NCBI GenBank assembly: GCA_016933415.1
Contig: JAFGAX010000147.1
Span: 8,567 to 72,566 of the forward strand
Direction of reading: 5' to 3'
Length of the DNA: 64,000 nt
DNA from: a bacterium
Lineage (GTDB): Bacteria; Zhuqueibacterota; QNDG01; DTFT01
Below the pieces are notes generated by a model. It had not been told where the DNA came from, ran no database searches, and saw nothing but the letters and a program-made list of their open reading frames with translations. This document shows positions 9,062 to 19,999 of this stretch, one piece after another. The stretch's first letter is position 1. Each line of letters starts with the position of its first letter. The position numbers and the translations under genes were made by a program.

Positions 9062-9412
9062 ATGCCCAGATCAACCAACAACGTCGCTTCGCGGGCGCGG
9101 AGGAAGAAAATCCTCAAGGCGGCCCGCGGTTATTTCGGTGGAAAGAGCAAGCTCATCAAGACGGCGAAGGAAGCCGTCCAGCGCTCCATGCGCTACGCGT
9201 ATCGCGACCGCCGGACCCGGAAGCGGGAATACCGGACACTTTGGATCGCCCGCATCAACGCGGCTGTGCGTCCGTTCGGCCTGAATTATTCGGGTTTCAT
9301 CCGGAGCCTCGCGAAATCGAATATCGAGATCGACCGCAAACTGCTCGCCGATCTCGCGGTCACCGATCCGAAAGCCTTCGCCCGCATCGTCGAACAGGTG
9401 AAGAACGCCTGA
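9062..9412 (+). CDS. rplT: 50S ribosomal protein L20
   Basis: [26 protein letters not shown]...; 116 aa. Confidence 0.95.
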   Translation: MPRSTNNVASRARRKKILKAARGYFGGKSKLIKTAKEAVQRSMRYAYRDRRTRKREYRTLWIARINAAVRPFGLNYSGFIRSLAKSNIEIDRKLLADLAVTDPKAFARIVEQVKNA

Positions 9413-9428
9413 CCGGGGGCCCGATTCC

Positions 9429-10451
9429 ATGGCATCGGAAAACCTGACCGGGGAAATCCGGAAGATCGACGAGGCGTTTCAGTCCCGTCTGGCCGAGGCG
9501 AAAGACGCCCCGTCCCTGGAACGGATCCGCACGGATTTTCTCGGCCGCAAAGGACATATCGCGCGCCTGTTCGAGACGCTGGGTGAAGCGGATCCCGCCG
9601 TCCGCCGGGAGGCGGGCCGCCTTCTGAATGAGCTGAAAAATCGCGCCCAGTCCGCCGTTCTGGGGGAGGCCGCCCGCGTTTCGGCGAAAGAATCCGGGGA
9701 AGACCGCCCAGATCTGACGCTTCCGGGATACGCGCCGCCGGTCGGACGCCTGCACCCGCTGACGATCGTCATGCGCCGGGTCAAGTCCTGTTTTCAGAAG
9801 CTGGGCTTCGCGGTCGCCCAGGGGCCTGAAGTCGAGTCGGATTACTATAACTTCGAAGCGTTGAATATTCCGCCGGGTCATCCCGCCCGCGACATGCAGG
9901 ACACCCTGTACGTCAGCGATCGGGTGGTTCTTCGCACGCACACCTCGCCCGTTCAGATCCGGGTGATGGAGAATCAGAAACCGCCGGTCCGGATCATCGC
10001 GCCCGGACGGGTTTACCGCCGCGATACGCCGGATGCCTCGCATTCCCCGGTTTTCCACCAGGTGGAGGGGCTTTGCGTCGACGAGGGCGTGAGTTTCGCC
10101 GATCTGAAGGCGGTCATCCTGGCCTTCGCCCGTGAGATGTTCGGATCGGACATGACGATCCGTTTCCGGCCGAGCTTTTTCCCGTTCACGGAACCCAGCG
10201 CAGAGTACGACTTCACCTGCGTCATCTGCCGGGGAAAGGGCTGCCGGGTCTGTAAAAACACGGGATGGGTCGAGATCTCCGGAGCGGGCATGGTGAATCC
10301 CGAGGTGTTCCGCTTCGCGGGCATCGACAGCGAACGGTACACCGGATACGCCTTCGGCATGGGCGTTGAACGCCTCACCATGCTTTTGTACGAGGTTCAG
10401 GATATCCGGGCATTTTATGAAAACGACCTCCGTTTTCTCGGGCAGTTCTAG
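9429..10451 (+). CDS. pheS: Phenylalanyl-tRNA synthetase alpha subunit
   Basis: Class II core motifs (FRPSFFPFTEPS, GMGVERL); 340 aa. Confidence 0.95.
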   Translation: MASENLTGEIRKIDEAFQSRLAEAKDAPSLERIRTDFLGRKGHIARLFETLGEADPAVRREAGRLLNELKNRAQSAVLGEAARVSAKESGEDRPDLTLPGYAPPVGRLHPLTIVMRRVKSCFQKLGFAVAQGPEVESDYYNFEALNIPPGHPARDMQDTLYVSDRVVLRTHTSPVQIRVMENQKPPVRIIAPGRVYRRDTPDASHSPVFHQVEGLCVDEGVSFADLKAVILAFAREMFGSDMTIRFRPSFFPFTEPSAEYDFTCVICRGKGCRVCKNTGWVEISGAGMVNPEVFRFAGIDSERYTGYAFGMGVERLTMLLYEVQDIRAFYENDLRFLGQF

Positions 10452-10460
10452 GGCGACGCC

Positions 10461-12839
10461 ATGAAGATACCGCTTGCCTGGCTGCAGGACTGGATTCCCG
10501 TTCCCCTTGACGCGCATGAAACCGCACGGCGGCTCACGCTGGCCGGCCTGGAAGTCGAATCCATTGACATCGTCGGCGGACGCTTCCGGGGCGTGGTGAT
10601 CGGACGGATCCTGTCCGTCGGGCCGGTTCCCGGAGCCGACAAACTCCGCCTGTGCCGCGTGGACGCCGGTTCCGGCGAAATTCCCGTGGTCTGCGGCGCC
10701 CCGAACGTGCGCGACGGGATTCTCGTGCCCGTTGCCCTGGAAGGCGCCGAACTGCCCGGCAACATGAAAATCCGCCGGACGGTCATCCGGAACGCGGAAT
10801 CGGCCGGCATGATCTGTTCCGCCAGGGAACTGGGCCTCGGCGACGACCATTCCGGCATACTCGTGCTCGACGATCCGTCGCTCCGGCCCGGTGATGCCTT
10901 CACGGACCGCGAGGGAAACGATTTTATTTTCGACATCAACGTCACTCCCAACCGGCCGGATTGCCTGTGTGTCCGGGGCATCGCCCGGGAAGTGGCTCTG
11001 TTGCACGGTTGCGCGCTCCGGTCTCCGGAAACCGTAAAACCCGTGGATGCGGCCGGCGGCCCGGTCGACATCCGCATCGAGGACCCGGACGGCTGCAGCC
11101 GTTACACGGCCCGCCGGTTGAAGGACATCCGCATCGGCCCTTCCCCCGAGTGGATCCGGAAACGGATCGAGGCGGCCGGCATGCACGCCATCAACAATAT
11201 TGTCGACATCACCAATTACGTCATGCTCGAAACGGGTCAGCCGCTTCACGCGTTTGACGCGGATCTCCTGGACGGGGGCCGAATCATCGTGCGCCGCGCC
11301 GGAGAAATCCGCCAGTTCACGACCCTGGACGGCCAGGAACGAAGGCTCTCCGCCGAGGATCTCCTGATCTGCGACGGCGCCCGTCCGGTCGCGCTGGCCG
11401 GCATCATGGGCGGGCGGAATTCCGAAGTATCCGAGGGAACCCGCCGGATCCTCCTGGAAAGCGCCCATTTCGATCCGATGACCATCCGGCGCACCGTCAA
11501 GCGGATCGGTATCTCCTCCGAAGCGAGTATCCGGATGGAGAAGGGCGTCGATCCTTCCGGAACGCGGGACGCGCTGGAGCGGGCGATCGCGATAATGGTC
11601 GAGCTGAGCGGCGGTTGTCCGGATTCGGGCGTGACCGACGTCGTGGCGCGTCCGATCCGTCCGGTTCGGATCTCGCTCCGCCCGCAGCGCATCCGCAGAG
11701 TGCTTGGCGCCGAGATCCCGCATGCGGACATCCTCCGCATACTCTCGGGGCTCGGCATGACCGTCGAAGGAACGGATCCGGTGGAGGTCACGGTGCCGAC
11801 CCGCCGGCCGGATGTGACGGGGGAGATTGACCTGATCGAGGAAGTGGTGCGTCATTTCGGGTACGACCGCATCGAACCCAGCGCCTCCACGACCGGCCCG
11901 ACCGCCGTCCATTCGAACCGGGAGGATGAATTCATCGAACGGCTCCGGGATATTCTGTCGGGCATGGGATTCACGGAAGTTTTCAACAACAGCATGGTCG
12001 ACCGTCAATCGACGGATCTGTTCTTCGCGCCGGTTCCCGCCGTTCCGGTGCGCAACCCGCTGAGCCCGGAAACCGCTTTTCTGCGCACCGCTCTGATGCC
12101 CGGTTTGATGGAAAGCGTCCGATGGAATCAGAACCGTTCCGTCTTCGATCTGCGTCTGTTCGAGATCGGACGCGTGTTCGAGCACCGGGGGGAGGGACTT
12201 CCGGAGGAACGGGTCCGCGTCGCGGGCGTCATCAGCGAATCGGCCCGCCAGAAGGGGTACTGGAAATCGCGCTCGCCGCGGCCGGACTGGTATGCCGTCA
12301 AGGGAACGCTCGAGGCCCTGGCGGAGGCGCTGCACCTCAAAGAAACGGCATTCCGGCCGTCTCCCGGACGGGGATGGGTTCCGGGGACTGCAGCAGTTTT
12401 TGAAGCGGGGGGGAAGCGGATCGGGTCGTTCGGAGAGGCGGATCCCTCCGTGCGCGCCGCATGCGATGTATCGGAAAGGGTTTTCGGCTTCGAGTTGGAT
12501 GGTTCCGCGTTGCTGGAATGCCTGCCGCAGTCACCGGTCGTCCGCCCGGTTCCCCGGTATCCCGCCGTGCGGCGGGATCTCGCACTGGTCGTCGACGCCG
12601 GCGTGCCGGTGGGTTCCATTCAGCAAACCCTTCTGCTGAACGGAGGCGGACTGCTCGTGTCCGCCGATCTTTTCGATCTCTACCAGGGGAAGCAGATCCC
12701 CGCCGGGCGGAAGAGCCTCGCTTTCACACTCGCTTTTCTGTCTCCGGAACGTACGCTCACGGACGCCGACGTCGACCCGTTGATGAACGGTATCATCCGT
12801 TGCCTCGAGTCGGTTCACGGCGCATCCCTGCGGTCTTGA
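10461..12839 (+). CDS. pheT: Phenylalanyl-tRNA synthetase beta subunit
   Basis: tRNA-binding N-terminal domain, B3/B4, B5 and FDX-ACB domains; 792 aa. Confidence 0.95.
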   Translation: MKIPLAWLQDWIPVPLDAHETARRLTLAGLEVESIDIVGGRFRGVVIGRILSVGPVPGADKLRLCRVDAGSGEIPVVCGAPNVRDGILVPVALEGAELPGNMKIRRTVIRNAESAGMICSARELGLGDDHSGILVLDDPSLRPGDAFTDREGNDFIFDINVTPNRPDCLCVRGIAREVALLHGCALRSPETVKPVDAAGGPVDIRIEDPDGCSRYTARRLKDIRIGPSPEWIRKRIEAAGMHAINNIVDITNYVMLETGQPLHAFDADLLDGGRIIVRRAGEIRQFTTLDGQERRLSAEDLLICDGARPVALAGIMGGRNSEVSEGTRRILLESAHFDPMTIRRTVKRIGISSEASIRMEKGVDPSGTRDALERAIAIMVELSGGCPDSGVTDVVARPIRPVRISLRPQRIRRVLGAEIPHADILRILSGLGMTVEGTDPVEVTVPTRRPDVTGEIDLIEEVVRHFGYDRIEPSASTTGPTAVHSNREDEFIERLRDILSGMGFTEVFNNSMVDRQSTDLFFAPVPAVPVRNPLSPETAFLRTALMPGLMESVRWNQNRSVFDLRLFEIGRVFEHRGEGLPEERVRVAGVISESARQKGYWKSRSPRPDWYAVKGTLEALAEALHLKETAFRPSPGRGWVPGTAAVFEAGGKRIGSFGEADPSVRAACDVSERVFGFELDGSALLECLPQSPVVRPVPRYPAVRRDLALVVDAGVPVGSIQQTLLLNGGGLLVSADLFDLYQGKQIPAGRKSLAFTLAFLSPERTLTDADVDPLMNGIIRCLESVHGASLRS

Positions 12840-12857
12840 TTCACGCGGGAGGGCATA

Positions 12858-13139
12858 ATGGATCTTCAGTTCTTCGACATGCTGGAAGAGAAGGTGAACC
12901 GGATGGTTCAACAGCTCAGTCAGCTCAAGACGGAGAACCGCGAACTCCGGATGCGGAACCAGGAATTGCAGGCCGTTTTGGAGGAAAAGGAACGCGCCGT
13001 GTACACCCTGCGGACCGAGCTGGATCAGACCCGGGCCGTCCAGGGGGAAATCGACAATTACCGCAAGAGCCAGGACCGGATACGGTCCAAGGTGGAAACA
13101 CTTCTTGAGAAACTGAAGGATTTCGAGAATATCCCCTGA
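12858..13139 (+). CDS. zapB: Cell division protein ZapB-like coiled-coil protein
   Basis: 93-aa all-coiled-coil protein (LEEKVNRMVQQLSQLKTENRELR...), immediately upstream of zapA. Confidence 0.7.
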   Translation: MDLQFFDMLEEKVNRMVQQLSQLKTENRELRMRNQELQAVLEEKERAVYTLRTELDQTRAVQGEIDNYRKSQDRIRSKVETLLEKLKDFENIP

Positions 13140-13211
13140 AGCGCCGTCCGTGCGGCAGGGGCAAAGACCCGGTCACGTTGAAGGAATTTAAAATCGTACG
13201 GGATCGTTCCG

Positions 13212-13511
13212 ATGGAATCTGACAAAAATGTTCTGAAGGTCAGAATCTACGGCGCCGAATACTTGATCCGAGGACAGGCGGACGTCAATTACATGCAGTC
13301 TGTCGCTGAATACGTGAATGACAAGATGCTTGAAATCGATCAGACGATCCGGACCGATTCCTCGCTCAAAGTGGCCATACTCGCCACGCTGAACATCACC
13401 GACGAGCTGTTCCGCGAGCGGGCGGAATCGGAAGCCATTCGGAACGAACTCGAGAATAAAATAAGGGAGCTGAATCTTCTGATCGACCGGCAGTTGTCTA
13501 CCGACGTGTGA
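13212..13511 (+). CDS. zapA: Z-ring-associated protein ZapA
   Basis: 99 aa; conserved ZapA N-terminal beta domain (VKVRIYGAEYLIRGQADVNYMQSVAEYVNDKM) followed by a coiled coil. Confidence 0.75.
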   Translation: MESDKNVLKVRIYGAEYLIRGQADVNYMQSVAEYVNDKMLEIDQTIRTDSSLKVAILATLNITDELFRERAESEAIRNELENKIRELNLLIDRQLSTDV

Positions 13512-13631
13512 GCCGGAAGGTCCTCGCTCCTCCTTCCTTCAACCTTCTTTTCTCCCAAGTCCCGCCTACCGGCGTGATGGACCGGGTCCTCCATCATTTT
13601 CCGCGTATCGTGTCCATAGATCGGAGGCGTT

Positions 13632-15197
13632 ATGATTCCATTGGTTTGGGTGATTATCGGATTCCTGCTGACATCCGTATTGTTTTTTTTCCTGGGATGG
13701 GTCGTCAACAACAAGCTGGGACAGGGTAAAATCGCGAGCGCCGAGAAGCTGGCGGCCAAAATCATTTCGGAATCGGAGAAAGAGGCCGAATCCCTTAAAA
13801 ACCAGAAGCTCATTGAAGCGAAGGATGAATCCATCCGGCTTCGCCAGAACGTCGAGCGCGAGACGCGCAACCAGCGTCAGGAGATCGACAAGCAGAAGCG
13901 GAAGCTGGAGTTCAAGGAAATCGAGCTCGACCGCCGGCTGAACCACCTGAACCAGCGGGAGACCGAGCTGAAAAAGCTGGAACAGAGCCTGAAGGACCGC
14001 AACGACCACCTTGCAAAGAAGGGCGAGGAGCTCGACCAGGTCATCGCCGAGCAGAACGACCGCCTCATGAAAATATCCGGAATGAGTCACGAGGAGGCCC
14101 TGAAGGAGCTGAAATCCAACCTGCTGGCCAAAGCCAAGCAGGAATCCGCTCAGATCATCAAGGAAATCAAGGACCAGGCGCGGCTGAGCGCGAACAAGGA
14201 GGCGAAGGAGATCATCATTTCGTCGATTCAGCGCACCGCCGCCGACCACTCGACGGAGGCCACGGTCTCGGTCGTCCACCTTCCGAGCGACGAGATGAAG
14301 GGAAGGATCATCGGCCGTGAGGGCCGGAACATCCGCGCCTTCGAGAACGCGACCGGCATCGACATGATCGTGGATGACACGCCGGAAGCGGTGATTCTGT
14401 CGGGGTTCGATCCGTTACGCCGTGAGATCGCCAAACGGGCGCTCGAGAAACTGATCACAGACGGCCGGATCCACCCGGGTCGCATCGAGGAAGTCGTCGA
14501 GAAGACGAAGAAGGAGATGGAGGAGGTCATCCTTCAGCTCGGAGAACAGGCGCTGTTCGAGACGGGCGTTCACGGCATCCATCCCGAACTCGTCAAGCTT
14601 CTCGGAAAGCTGAATTTCCGGACCAGCTACGGACAGAACGTTCTTCAGCACAGCGTGGAGATGGCCCATCTGTCCGGCCTGATGGCCGCGGAACTCGGCC
14701 TCGACGCGGTGATCGCCAAGCGCGCCGCGCTCCTCCACGACATCGGGAAAGCCGTGGACAAGGAGACGGAAGGCACCCATTTTCAGATCGGCGCCGACTT
14801 GGTCAAAAAGTACGGGGAAGGCGCCATCGTGCAGAATGCCGTGGCCTCCCACCACGGGGACGTCGAAATGATTTCCCCGATCTCAGCCCTCGTGCAGGCC
14901 TCGGATTCAATCTCCGGCTCCCGTCCGGGCGCCCGGCGAGAGACCCTGGAAGGATACATCAAGCGTCTGGATAAACTGGAGGAGATCGCGGAGTCCTTTC
15001 AGGGCGTTTCGAAGACCTATGCCATCCAGGCGGGGCGCGAGATCCGGGTTCTGGTGGAACCGGACCGGATCAGCGACGCATTGGCCGATCAGCTCGCATC
15101 GGACATTTCCGAGAAAATCCAGTCTGAAATGGAATATCCCGGACAGATCCGGGTGACGGTGATCCGCGAATACCGATCGACCCAGTACGCGAAGTAA
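13632..15197 (+). CDS. rny: Ribonuclease Y
   Basis: N-terminal transmembrane helix, long coiled coil, KH domain ([15 protein letters not shown]), HD domain (HSVEMAHL...LLHDIGK). Confidence 0.9.
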   Translation: MIPLVWVIIGFLLTSVLFFFLGWVVNNKLGQGKIASAEKLAAKIISESEKEAESLKNQKLIEAKDESIRLRQNVERETRNQRQEIDKQKRKLEFKEIELDRRLNHLNQRETELKKLEQSLKDRNDHLAKKGEELDQVIAEQNDRLMKISGMSHEEALKELKSNLLAKAKQESAQIIKEIKDQARLSANKEAKEIIISSIQRTAADHSTEATVSVVHLPSDEMKGRIIGREGRNIRAFENATGIDMIVDDTPEAVILSGFDPLRREIAKRALEKLITDGRIHPGRIEEVVEKTKKEMEEVILQLGEQALFETGVHGIHPELVKLLGKLNFRTSYGQNVLQHSVEMAHLSGLMAAELGLDAVIAKRAALLHDIGKAVDKETEGTHFQIGADLVKKYGEGAIVQNAVASHHGDVEMISPISALVQASDSISGSRPGARRETLEGYIKRLDKLEEIAESFQGVSKTYAIQAGREIRVLVEPDRISDALADQLASDISEKIQSEMEYPGQIRVTVIREYRSTQYAK

Positions 15198-15215
15198 ACC
15201 GAACAGATCGATTTC

Positions 15216-16025
15216 TTGAGGCCGGCCATGGCAACGCTTCGCATTCTGTTCATCGGAGACGTCATCGGCAATTCAGGCGTGTCCCTTCTGCAAACTTCGC
15301 TGAGCGGACTTCAGCGTCGGACGGGTGCGGACATCACCGTTTTGAACGCTGAAAACGCCTCGGCGGGGAGGGGGCTGACGCCGTCCATGGCCGCAACCCT
15401 GTTTGGACTCGGCGCGGACGTGCTCACCAGCGGAAACCACATCTGGAACAAGGATAAAATTTACCCGGTCCTGGAGGAACAGCCGTATCTGCTGCGCCCC
15501 CTGAATTATCCCCCCGGAGCGCCCGGGCACGGCGTCTGTGTCTTCCGGACCGCGGCCCTCGAACCGGTGGCGGTGCTGAACCTCCAGGGAAGAAGTTTCA
15601 TGATGCCGATCGAATGCCCCTTCCGGGCGGCGGACGCCGAAATCGAACGCCTGAACCGGGAAGGGATCCGCGTCATTTTCATCGATTTCCATGCGGAAGC
15701 CACGGCCGAAAAAATCGCGCTGGGGCGTTATCTGGACGGCCGGATCACGGCCCTGGTCGGGACGCATACGCATGTTCAGACCGCGGACGAAACCCTTCTG
15801 CCGAAAGGAACGGCTTATATCACGGATGCCGGAATGACCGGACCCGTCGATTCGGTCATCGGTATGGACACGGAGTCCGCCATTCTCCGTTTCAGGAGCC
15901 AGCTGCCGGTTCCTTACCGCGCGTCCGAGTCCGCCGCTTTTCTCAACGCGGTCGTGATTGAAGCCGATGCGTCCACGGGCAGGGCGGTGCGGATCGAACG
16001 CCTGCGGGAAACGCAAACACACTGA
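15216..16025 (+). CDS. ymdB: YmdB-like metallophosphoesterase (2',3'-cyclic-nucleotide phosphodiesterase family, TIGR00282)
   Basis: ILFIGDVIGNSG...TSGNHIWNK...GTHTHVQTADE calcineurin-like motifs; immediately downstream of rny, as in Firmicutes. Confidence 0.8.
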   Translation: MRPAMATLRILFIGDVIGNSGVSLLQTSLSGLQRRTGADITVLNAENASAGRGLTPSMAATLFGLGADVLTSGNHIWNKDKIYPVLEEQPYLLRPLNYPPGAPGHGVCVFRTAALEPVAVLNLQGRSFMMPIECPFRAADAEIERLNREGIRVIFIDFHAEATAEKIALGRYLDGRITALVGTHTHVQTADETLLPKGTAYITDAGMTGPVDSVIGMDTESAILRFRSQLPVPYRASESAAFLNAVVIEADASTGRAVRIERLRETQTH

Positions 16026-16038
16026 ACGGGAGACTGTT

Positions 16039-16935
16039 TTGGCTCAACTGATAGACGGTAAAGCCATTGCCGCGGCCATCCGGACCGAAACGGCCGCCGA
16101 ATCGGCGGCGTTCAGGTCTGCCGGCGTGACGCCGAAACTCGCGGTCATACTGGTCGGCGATGATCCGGCTTCGGGCCAGTACGTCCGCAACAAGGAGAAG
16201 GCCTGCGCCGAGGCGGGCATTGTCTCCGAGACGATTCGGCTTCCCGGATCCTCAGATACCGCCGCGCTTCTCGATAGGATACGCCTCCTCAATGAGGACC
16301 CCGCCGTGCACGGCCTGCTGGTTCAGGTGCCGCTTCCGAAGCAGATCGACGAAGCGGCTGTTCTTCTGGCCGTTTCTCCCGAGAAGGATGTGGACTGTTT
16401 TCACCCCCTCAATGTGGGCCGGCTGATCGCAGGATTCGACGCGGACAGTTTCGTCCCCTGCACCCCCGCGGGAATCGTGGAAATGCTGATGCGGTCCGGC
16501 AATCCGCCGGCCGGCAAACGGGTTGTCATCGTCGGCCGCAGCGCGATCGTGGGCAAGCCGCTCGCGCTTCTGCTGATGGGGAAGGGGCCCTCCGCGGACG
16601 CTACGGTTACGGTCTGCCACACGCGCACACCCGATCTGGCCGTATTCACACGGACCGCGGACATCCTCGTGGCCGCGGCCGGACGGCCGGAAATGATCCG
16701 CGGCGACATGGTCCGGTCCGGCGCCGTGGTGATTGACGTGGGCACCAACCGGGTTCCTGATCCGACCGGCGCGAAGCCGTACCGCTGGGTCGGCGATGTC
16801 TGCTTCGATGAAGTCTTTCCGAAGGCATCGCACATTTCGCCTGTTCCGGGCGGAGTCGGACCCATGACCATCGCCATGCTCCTGAGAAACACGCTGACGG
16901 CCTGCCGCCGCCATGAAAGGAGTCGATCGACTTGA
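16039..16935 (+). CDS. folD: Bifunctional methylene-THF dehydrogenase / methenyl-THF cyclohydrolase
   Basis: M-AQLIDGKAIAAAIR...VGDDPASGQYVRNKEKA; the start is placed at TTG 16039 (preceded by GGGAGAC) because the ORF-track start 15958 overlaps ymdB. Confidence 0.9.
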   Translation: MAQLIDGKAIAAAIRTETAAESAAFRSAGVTPKLAVILVGDDPASGQYVRNKEKACAEAGIVSETIRLPGSSDTAALLDRIRLLNEDPAVHGLLVQVPLPKQIDEAAVLLAVSPEKDVDCFHPLNVGRLIAGFDADSFVPCTPAGIVEMLMRSGNPPAGKRVVIVGRSAIVGKPLALLLMGKGPSADATVTVCHTRTPDLAVFTRTADILVAAAGRPEMIRGDMVRSGAVVIDVGTNRVPDPTGAKPYRWVGDVCFDEVFPKASHISPVPGGVGPMTIAMLLRNTLTACRRHERSRST

Positions 16936-18644
16936 AACTGTCCCGCGCTTATCTGCCCACGCTCAAGGAGATTCCCGCGGACGCGGTGATTCCAAGCCAC
17001 CGCCTCATGATCCGCGCCGGCCTGATCCGCCCGCTCGCCGCGGGAATCTACACCATTCTGCCGCTCGGCTGGAAGGTTCTTAAAAAAATCATGGGCATCG
17101 TCCGGGAGGAGATGGATCGGATCGGCGGCCAGGAGCTGCATATGCCCGCGCTGAATCCGGCTGAAATCTGGGACGAGACGGGCCGGAACGCGGATTTCGG
17201 AGACGAACTATTCCGCCTCAAGGACCGGAAGGAACGTCCCCTTGTCCTGGCCCCCACGCACGAGGAAATCATCTGCGACCTGGCCCGCAAATTCGTCAAG
17301 TCGTACAAGGATCTTCCGCAGATGTGGTACCAGATCCAGAACAAGTTCCGCGACGAGCCGCGGCCCCGATCGGGCGTCATTCGGACCCGTCAGTTCTTCA
17401 TGAAGGATTCGTACTCCCTGGACAGCGACGAGGAAGGACTTGACCGATCCTACCGACTGCATGCCGACGCCTACCGCGCCATTTTCAGCCGCTGCGGTCT
17501 CGATTTTCACGTGGTCGGCGCCTCGAGCGGTCTGATGGGGGGGAAGGTTTCGCAGGAATTCATGTTCGAGTCCGAATTCGGTGAGGACACGCTCGCCATC
17601 TGCGAATGCGGGTACGCGGCCAACCTGGAAGTCGCATCCGCAAAAATTGAAACCGCGGTCTTTCCTTCCGCTCCGATCACCCGGGTCGAAACGCCCGGAA
17701 AAAGGACCATTGAAGAGGTGTCCGGTTTCCTGAAAAAGGAGCCCTCCCGTTTCGCCAAGGCTGTTCTAATGGTCGCGGACGGAAAAACGGTCATGGTCCT
17801 GGTCCGGGGCGATCACGAACTCAACGAAAACAAGCTCCAGTCGTTTCTGGGTGCGGTCGTCCGGCCCGCGCATCCGGAGGAAATCGTCGCGGCCTGCGGC
17901 GTGGAAGCCGGCTTTGTGGGACCGGTGCGTCCTTCCGGACCGATCCGCATCCTGGCCGACGAGACCCTGGCCGGACAGCGGGACATGGTCGTCGGCGCCA
18001 ACCTGCGGGATCACCACTTCACCGGCGCCGAGCCCGGCCGTGATTTCACGGTCGAGGCGTTCGGTGATTTCCGGAACGTCTCCGCGGGGGACGCCTGCGC
18101 CTCCTGCGGGCGGCCGCTCAGCGTCACGAACGCCATCGAGCTCGGTCACATCTTCAAGCTCGGCATCAAATATTCGGCAGCCATGAAGGCCCATTTTCTC
18201 GATCGCAATGGAAAAGAAAAACCGATTATCATGGGCAGTTACGGCATCGGCATCGAACGGATTCTGGCCGCTGCGATCGAGCAGGGACATGATGAGAAGG
18301 GGCTGGTCTGGAACACCGTGCTGACGCCCTATCATGTCCATCTGATCCCGGTCAAGATGGACAACCCGGAAATCGTCCGCGTTTCGGAATCCCTGTACGC
18401 CGCGCTCGGCGCCGAGTCCTGGGAATGCCTGCTGGACGACCGCCCGGCCTCGCCGGGCTTCAAATTCAAGGATGCCGATCTGATCGGCGTTCCACTGCAG
18501 GTGGTCGTCGGCGAACGCTGGATCCGGGAGAAGAAACTCGAATTCCGCATCCGGCGTACGGGCGAAACGGCCCTGATCGGCGAAAATGAATTGTCTCACA
18601 GGATCCGAGCCTATTTCGGAGAAAAACGGGAGGGAGCGACATGA
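16932..18644 (+). CDS. proS: Prolyl-tRNA synthetase
   Basis: MKLSRAYLPTLKEIPADA...; class II core with an INS editing domain; 570 aa; TTG start overlapping the folD stop. Confidence 0.95.
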   Translation: MKLSRAYLPTLKEIPADAVIPSHRLMIRAGLIRPLAAGIYTILPLGWKVLKKIMGIVREEMDRIGGQELHMPALNPAEIWDETGRNADFGDELFRLKDRKERPLVLAPTHEEIICDLARKFVKSYKDLPQMWYQIQNKFRDEPRPRSGVIRTRQFFMKDSYSLDSDEEGLDRSYRLHADAYRAIFSRCGLDFHVVGASSGLMGGKVSQEFMFESEFGEDTLAICECGYAANLEVASAKIETAVFPSAPITRVETPGKRTIEEVSGFLKKEPSRFAKAVLMVADGKTVMVLVRGDHELNENKLQSFLGAVVRPAHPEEIVAACGVEAGFVGPVRPSGPIRILADETLAGQRDMVVGANLRDHHFTGAEPGRDFTVEAFGDFRNVSAGDACASCGRPLSVTNAIELGHIFKLGIKYSAAMKAHFLDRNGKEKPIIMGSYGIGIERILAAAIEQGHDEKGLVWNTVLTPYHVHLIPVKMDNPEIVRVSESLYAALGAESWECLLDDRPASPGFKFKDADLIGVPLQVVVGERWIREKKLEFRIRRTGETALIGENELSHRIRAYFGEKREGAT

Positions 18645-19999
18645 AAACCCCCGGATCGAAATCGGTCCAGACGGTCCTGAAGGTGTCTGAAATCCAGGCC
18701 GATCCCGAACTTTTTCCGATTCCGGGAGAGACGCCCTCTTCCGAGGACATCCGGTTGCTTCTGGAAAAACGGTACGCCACGGAGTCCGGCAGGCTGACGG
18801 TTTCCCTGGAGCAGGATATCATCCGCATTCAGTTCAGACCCCGTTCCGTCGATGTCAACGCCGAGCAGATACACGCCGCCGCCGTGCGTCTCGCCCGTCA
18901 GCGTCAGTTCGAACCGGCCCTGGAGAAGTGGAAACAGGCCGTTTCCGTGAATCCGGACGACTCGGAATACCATTACCATATCGGTCTTGTTCTGTACGAG
19001 CAGAAACGGTATGATGAATCCGTCCGTTCGCTCGAACGGGCCGTCCGCATCTGTCCCATTCATTACAAGGCGCATCTGGCGCTCGGGCTGAGCCGGATCA
19101 AGCTGAACCGGCATGACGAAGCGGTCCGGCATTTCAACGAATCCGTCCGGCTGCACCGAGAGAATGTGCTCGGCTATCTGAATCTCGGCGCCGTGGCCAG
19201 CCTTCAGAAACGGTACAATGAGGCGATCGAAGCCTTCAATCACGCCATTCAGTACAATCCCCGGGAAAGCCGCGCATATCTGGGAATCGCGAAAATCTAC
19301 GTTCATCTGAACGACACGGAGGCCGCGAACAGCTATTTCAAGAAAGTCATCGAACTGGCTCCGGGGACGCCCATCGCGGAATTCGCCGGAAAATCGATCT
19401 CCGAGTCAAAGGCAGAAACCGCTCCGGAAGTGCTTCAGGGAGACCGCCTGGCGGCCCTGTCAAAAGGCACGGGATTCGCGCTTGCCGGCAATTACACGGC
19501 GGCCGCAGAACATTATCAGGTATACCTGCGTCACCAGTCTTCGGACGATTTCGCCTGGTATCTGCTCGGAGAAGCCGAAATCAGAAAAGGCCGGCTGGAC
19601 GAGGCCGCGGACGACTTCCGAAAATGCGTCCGGCTGAATCCCAAAAAAGGTCTTTACCAGAAGGCCCTGGGAACGGTGTACCATTTCCAGAAGAAACCCG
19701 CCGAAAGCGCCGAATGCTTCAAGCGGGCGATCGAACTCGGAAAGATCGATCCGATGGTGGTGACCCTGTACGGCATCCAGCTTCTGCGCATGCGAAAAAC
19801 AGACGAGGCCATGCACCAGTTCCGCATGGCCTTGAAGAAAAACCAGAACAATCCGCTGGCCATGTACCAGCTGGCCTACGCGTATTCACTGAAACATGAA
19901 AATAAAAAGGCGATGGAATGGCTGGACAAGGTGAATGCGGTCGAATTTTTCGCTCCGATAAAAGAGCACGCCAGGAGATTGATGAATAATCTGAAATAA
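18641..19999 (+). CDS. TPR-repeat protein
   Basis: Multiple 34-residue TPR units (...YHYHIGLVLYEQKRYDESV..., ...AYLGIAKIYVHLNDTEAA...); start overlaps the proS stop (ATGA). Confidence 0.75.
   Translation: MKTPGSKSVQTVLKVSEIQADPELFPIPGETPSSEDIRLLLEKRYATESGRLTVSLEQDIIRIQFRPRSVDVNAEQIHAAAVRLARQRQFEPALEKWKQAVSVNPDDSEYHYHIGLVLYEQKRYDESVRSLERAVRICPIHYKAHLALGLSRIKLNRHDEAVRHFNESVRLHRENVLGYLNLGAVASLQKRYNEAIEAFNHAIQYNPRESRAYLGIAKIYVHLNDTEAANSYFKKVIELAPGTPIAEFAGKSISESKAETAPEVLQGDRLAALSKGTGFALAGNYTAAAEHYQVYLRHQSSDDFAWYLLGEAEIRKGRLDEAADDFRKCVRLNPKKGLYQKALGTVYHFQKKPAESAECFKRAIELGKIDPMVVTLYGIQLLRMRKTDEAMHQFRMALKKNQNNPLAMYQLAYAYSLKHENKKAMEWLDKVNAVEFFAPIKEHARRLMNNLK

Noticed and set aside
9360-12335. 991-aa ORF on the minus strand antisense to pheS/pheT. 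Other long antisense ORFs are similar: 941-2161(-), 2902-4752(-), 7056-8537(-), 23387-24499(+), 56427-57545(-), 34642-35493(+).
   Set aside because: High-GC DNA produces long stop-free antisense frames. Every one of them lies entirely inside a well-supported gene on the other strand, and they show Arg/Gly/Pro-rich low-complexity translations with no recognisable domains.
15958-16038. ORF-track start of folD overlapping the 3' end of ymdB
   Set aside because: The translation of the overlap (MKPMRPRAGRCGSNACGKRKHTERET) is not FolD-like. TTG 16039, preceded by GGGAGAC, gives the conserved FolD N-terminus MAQLIDGKAIA.
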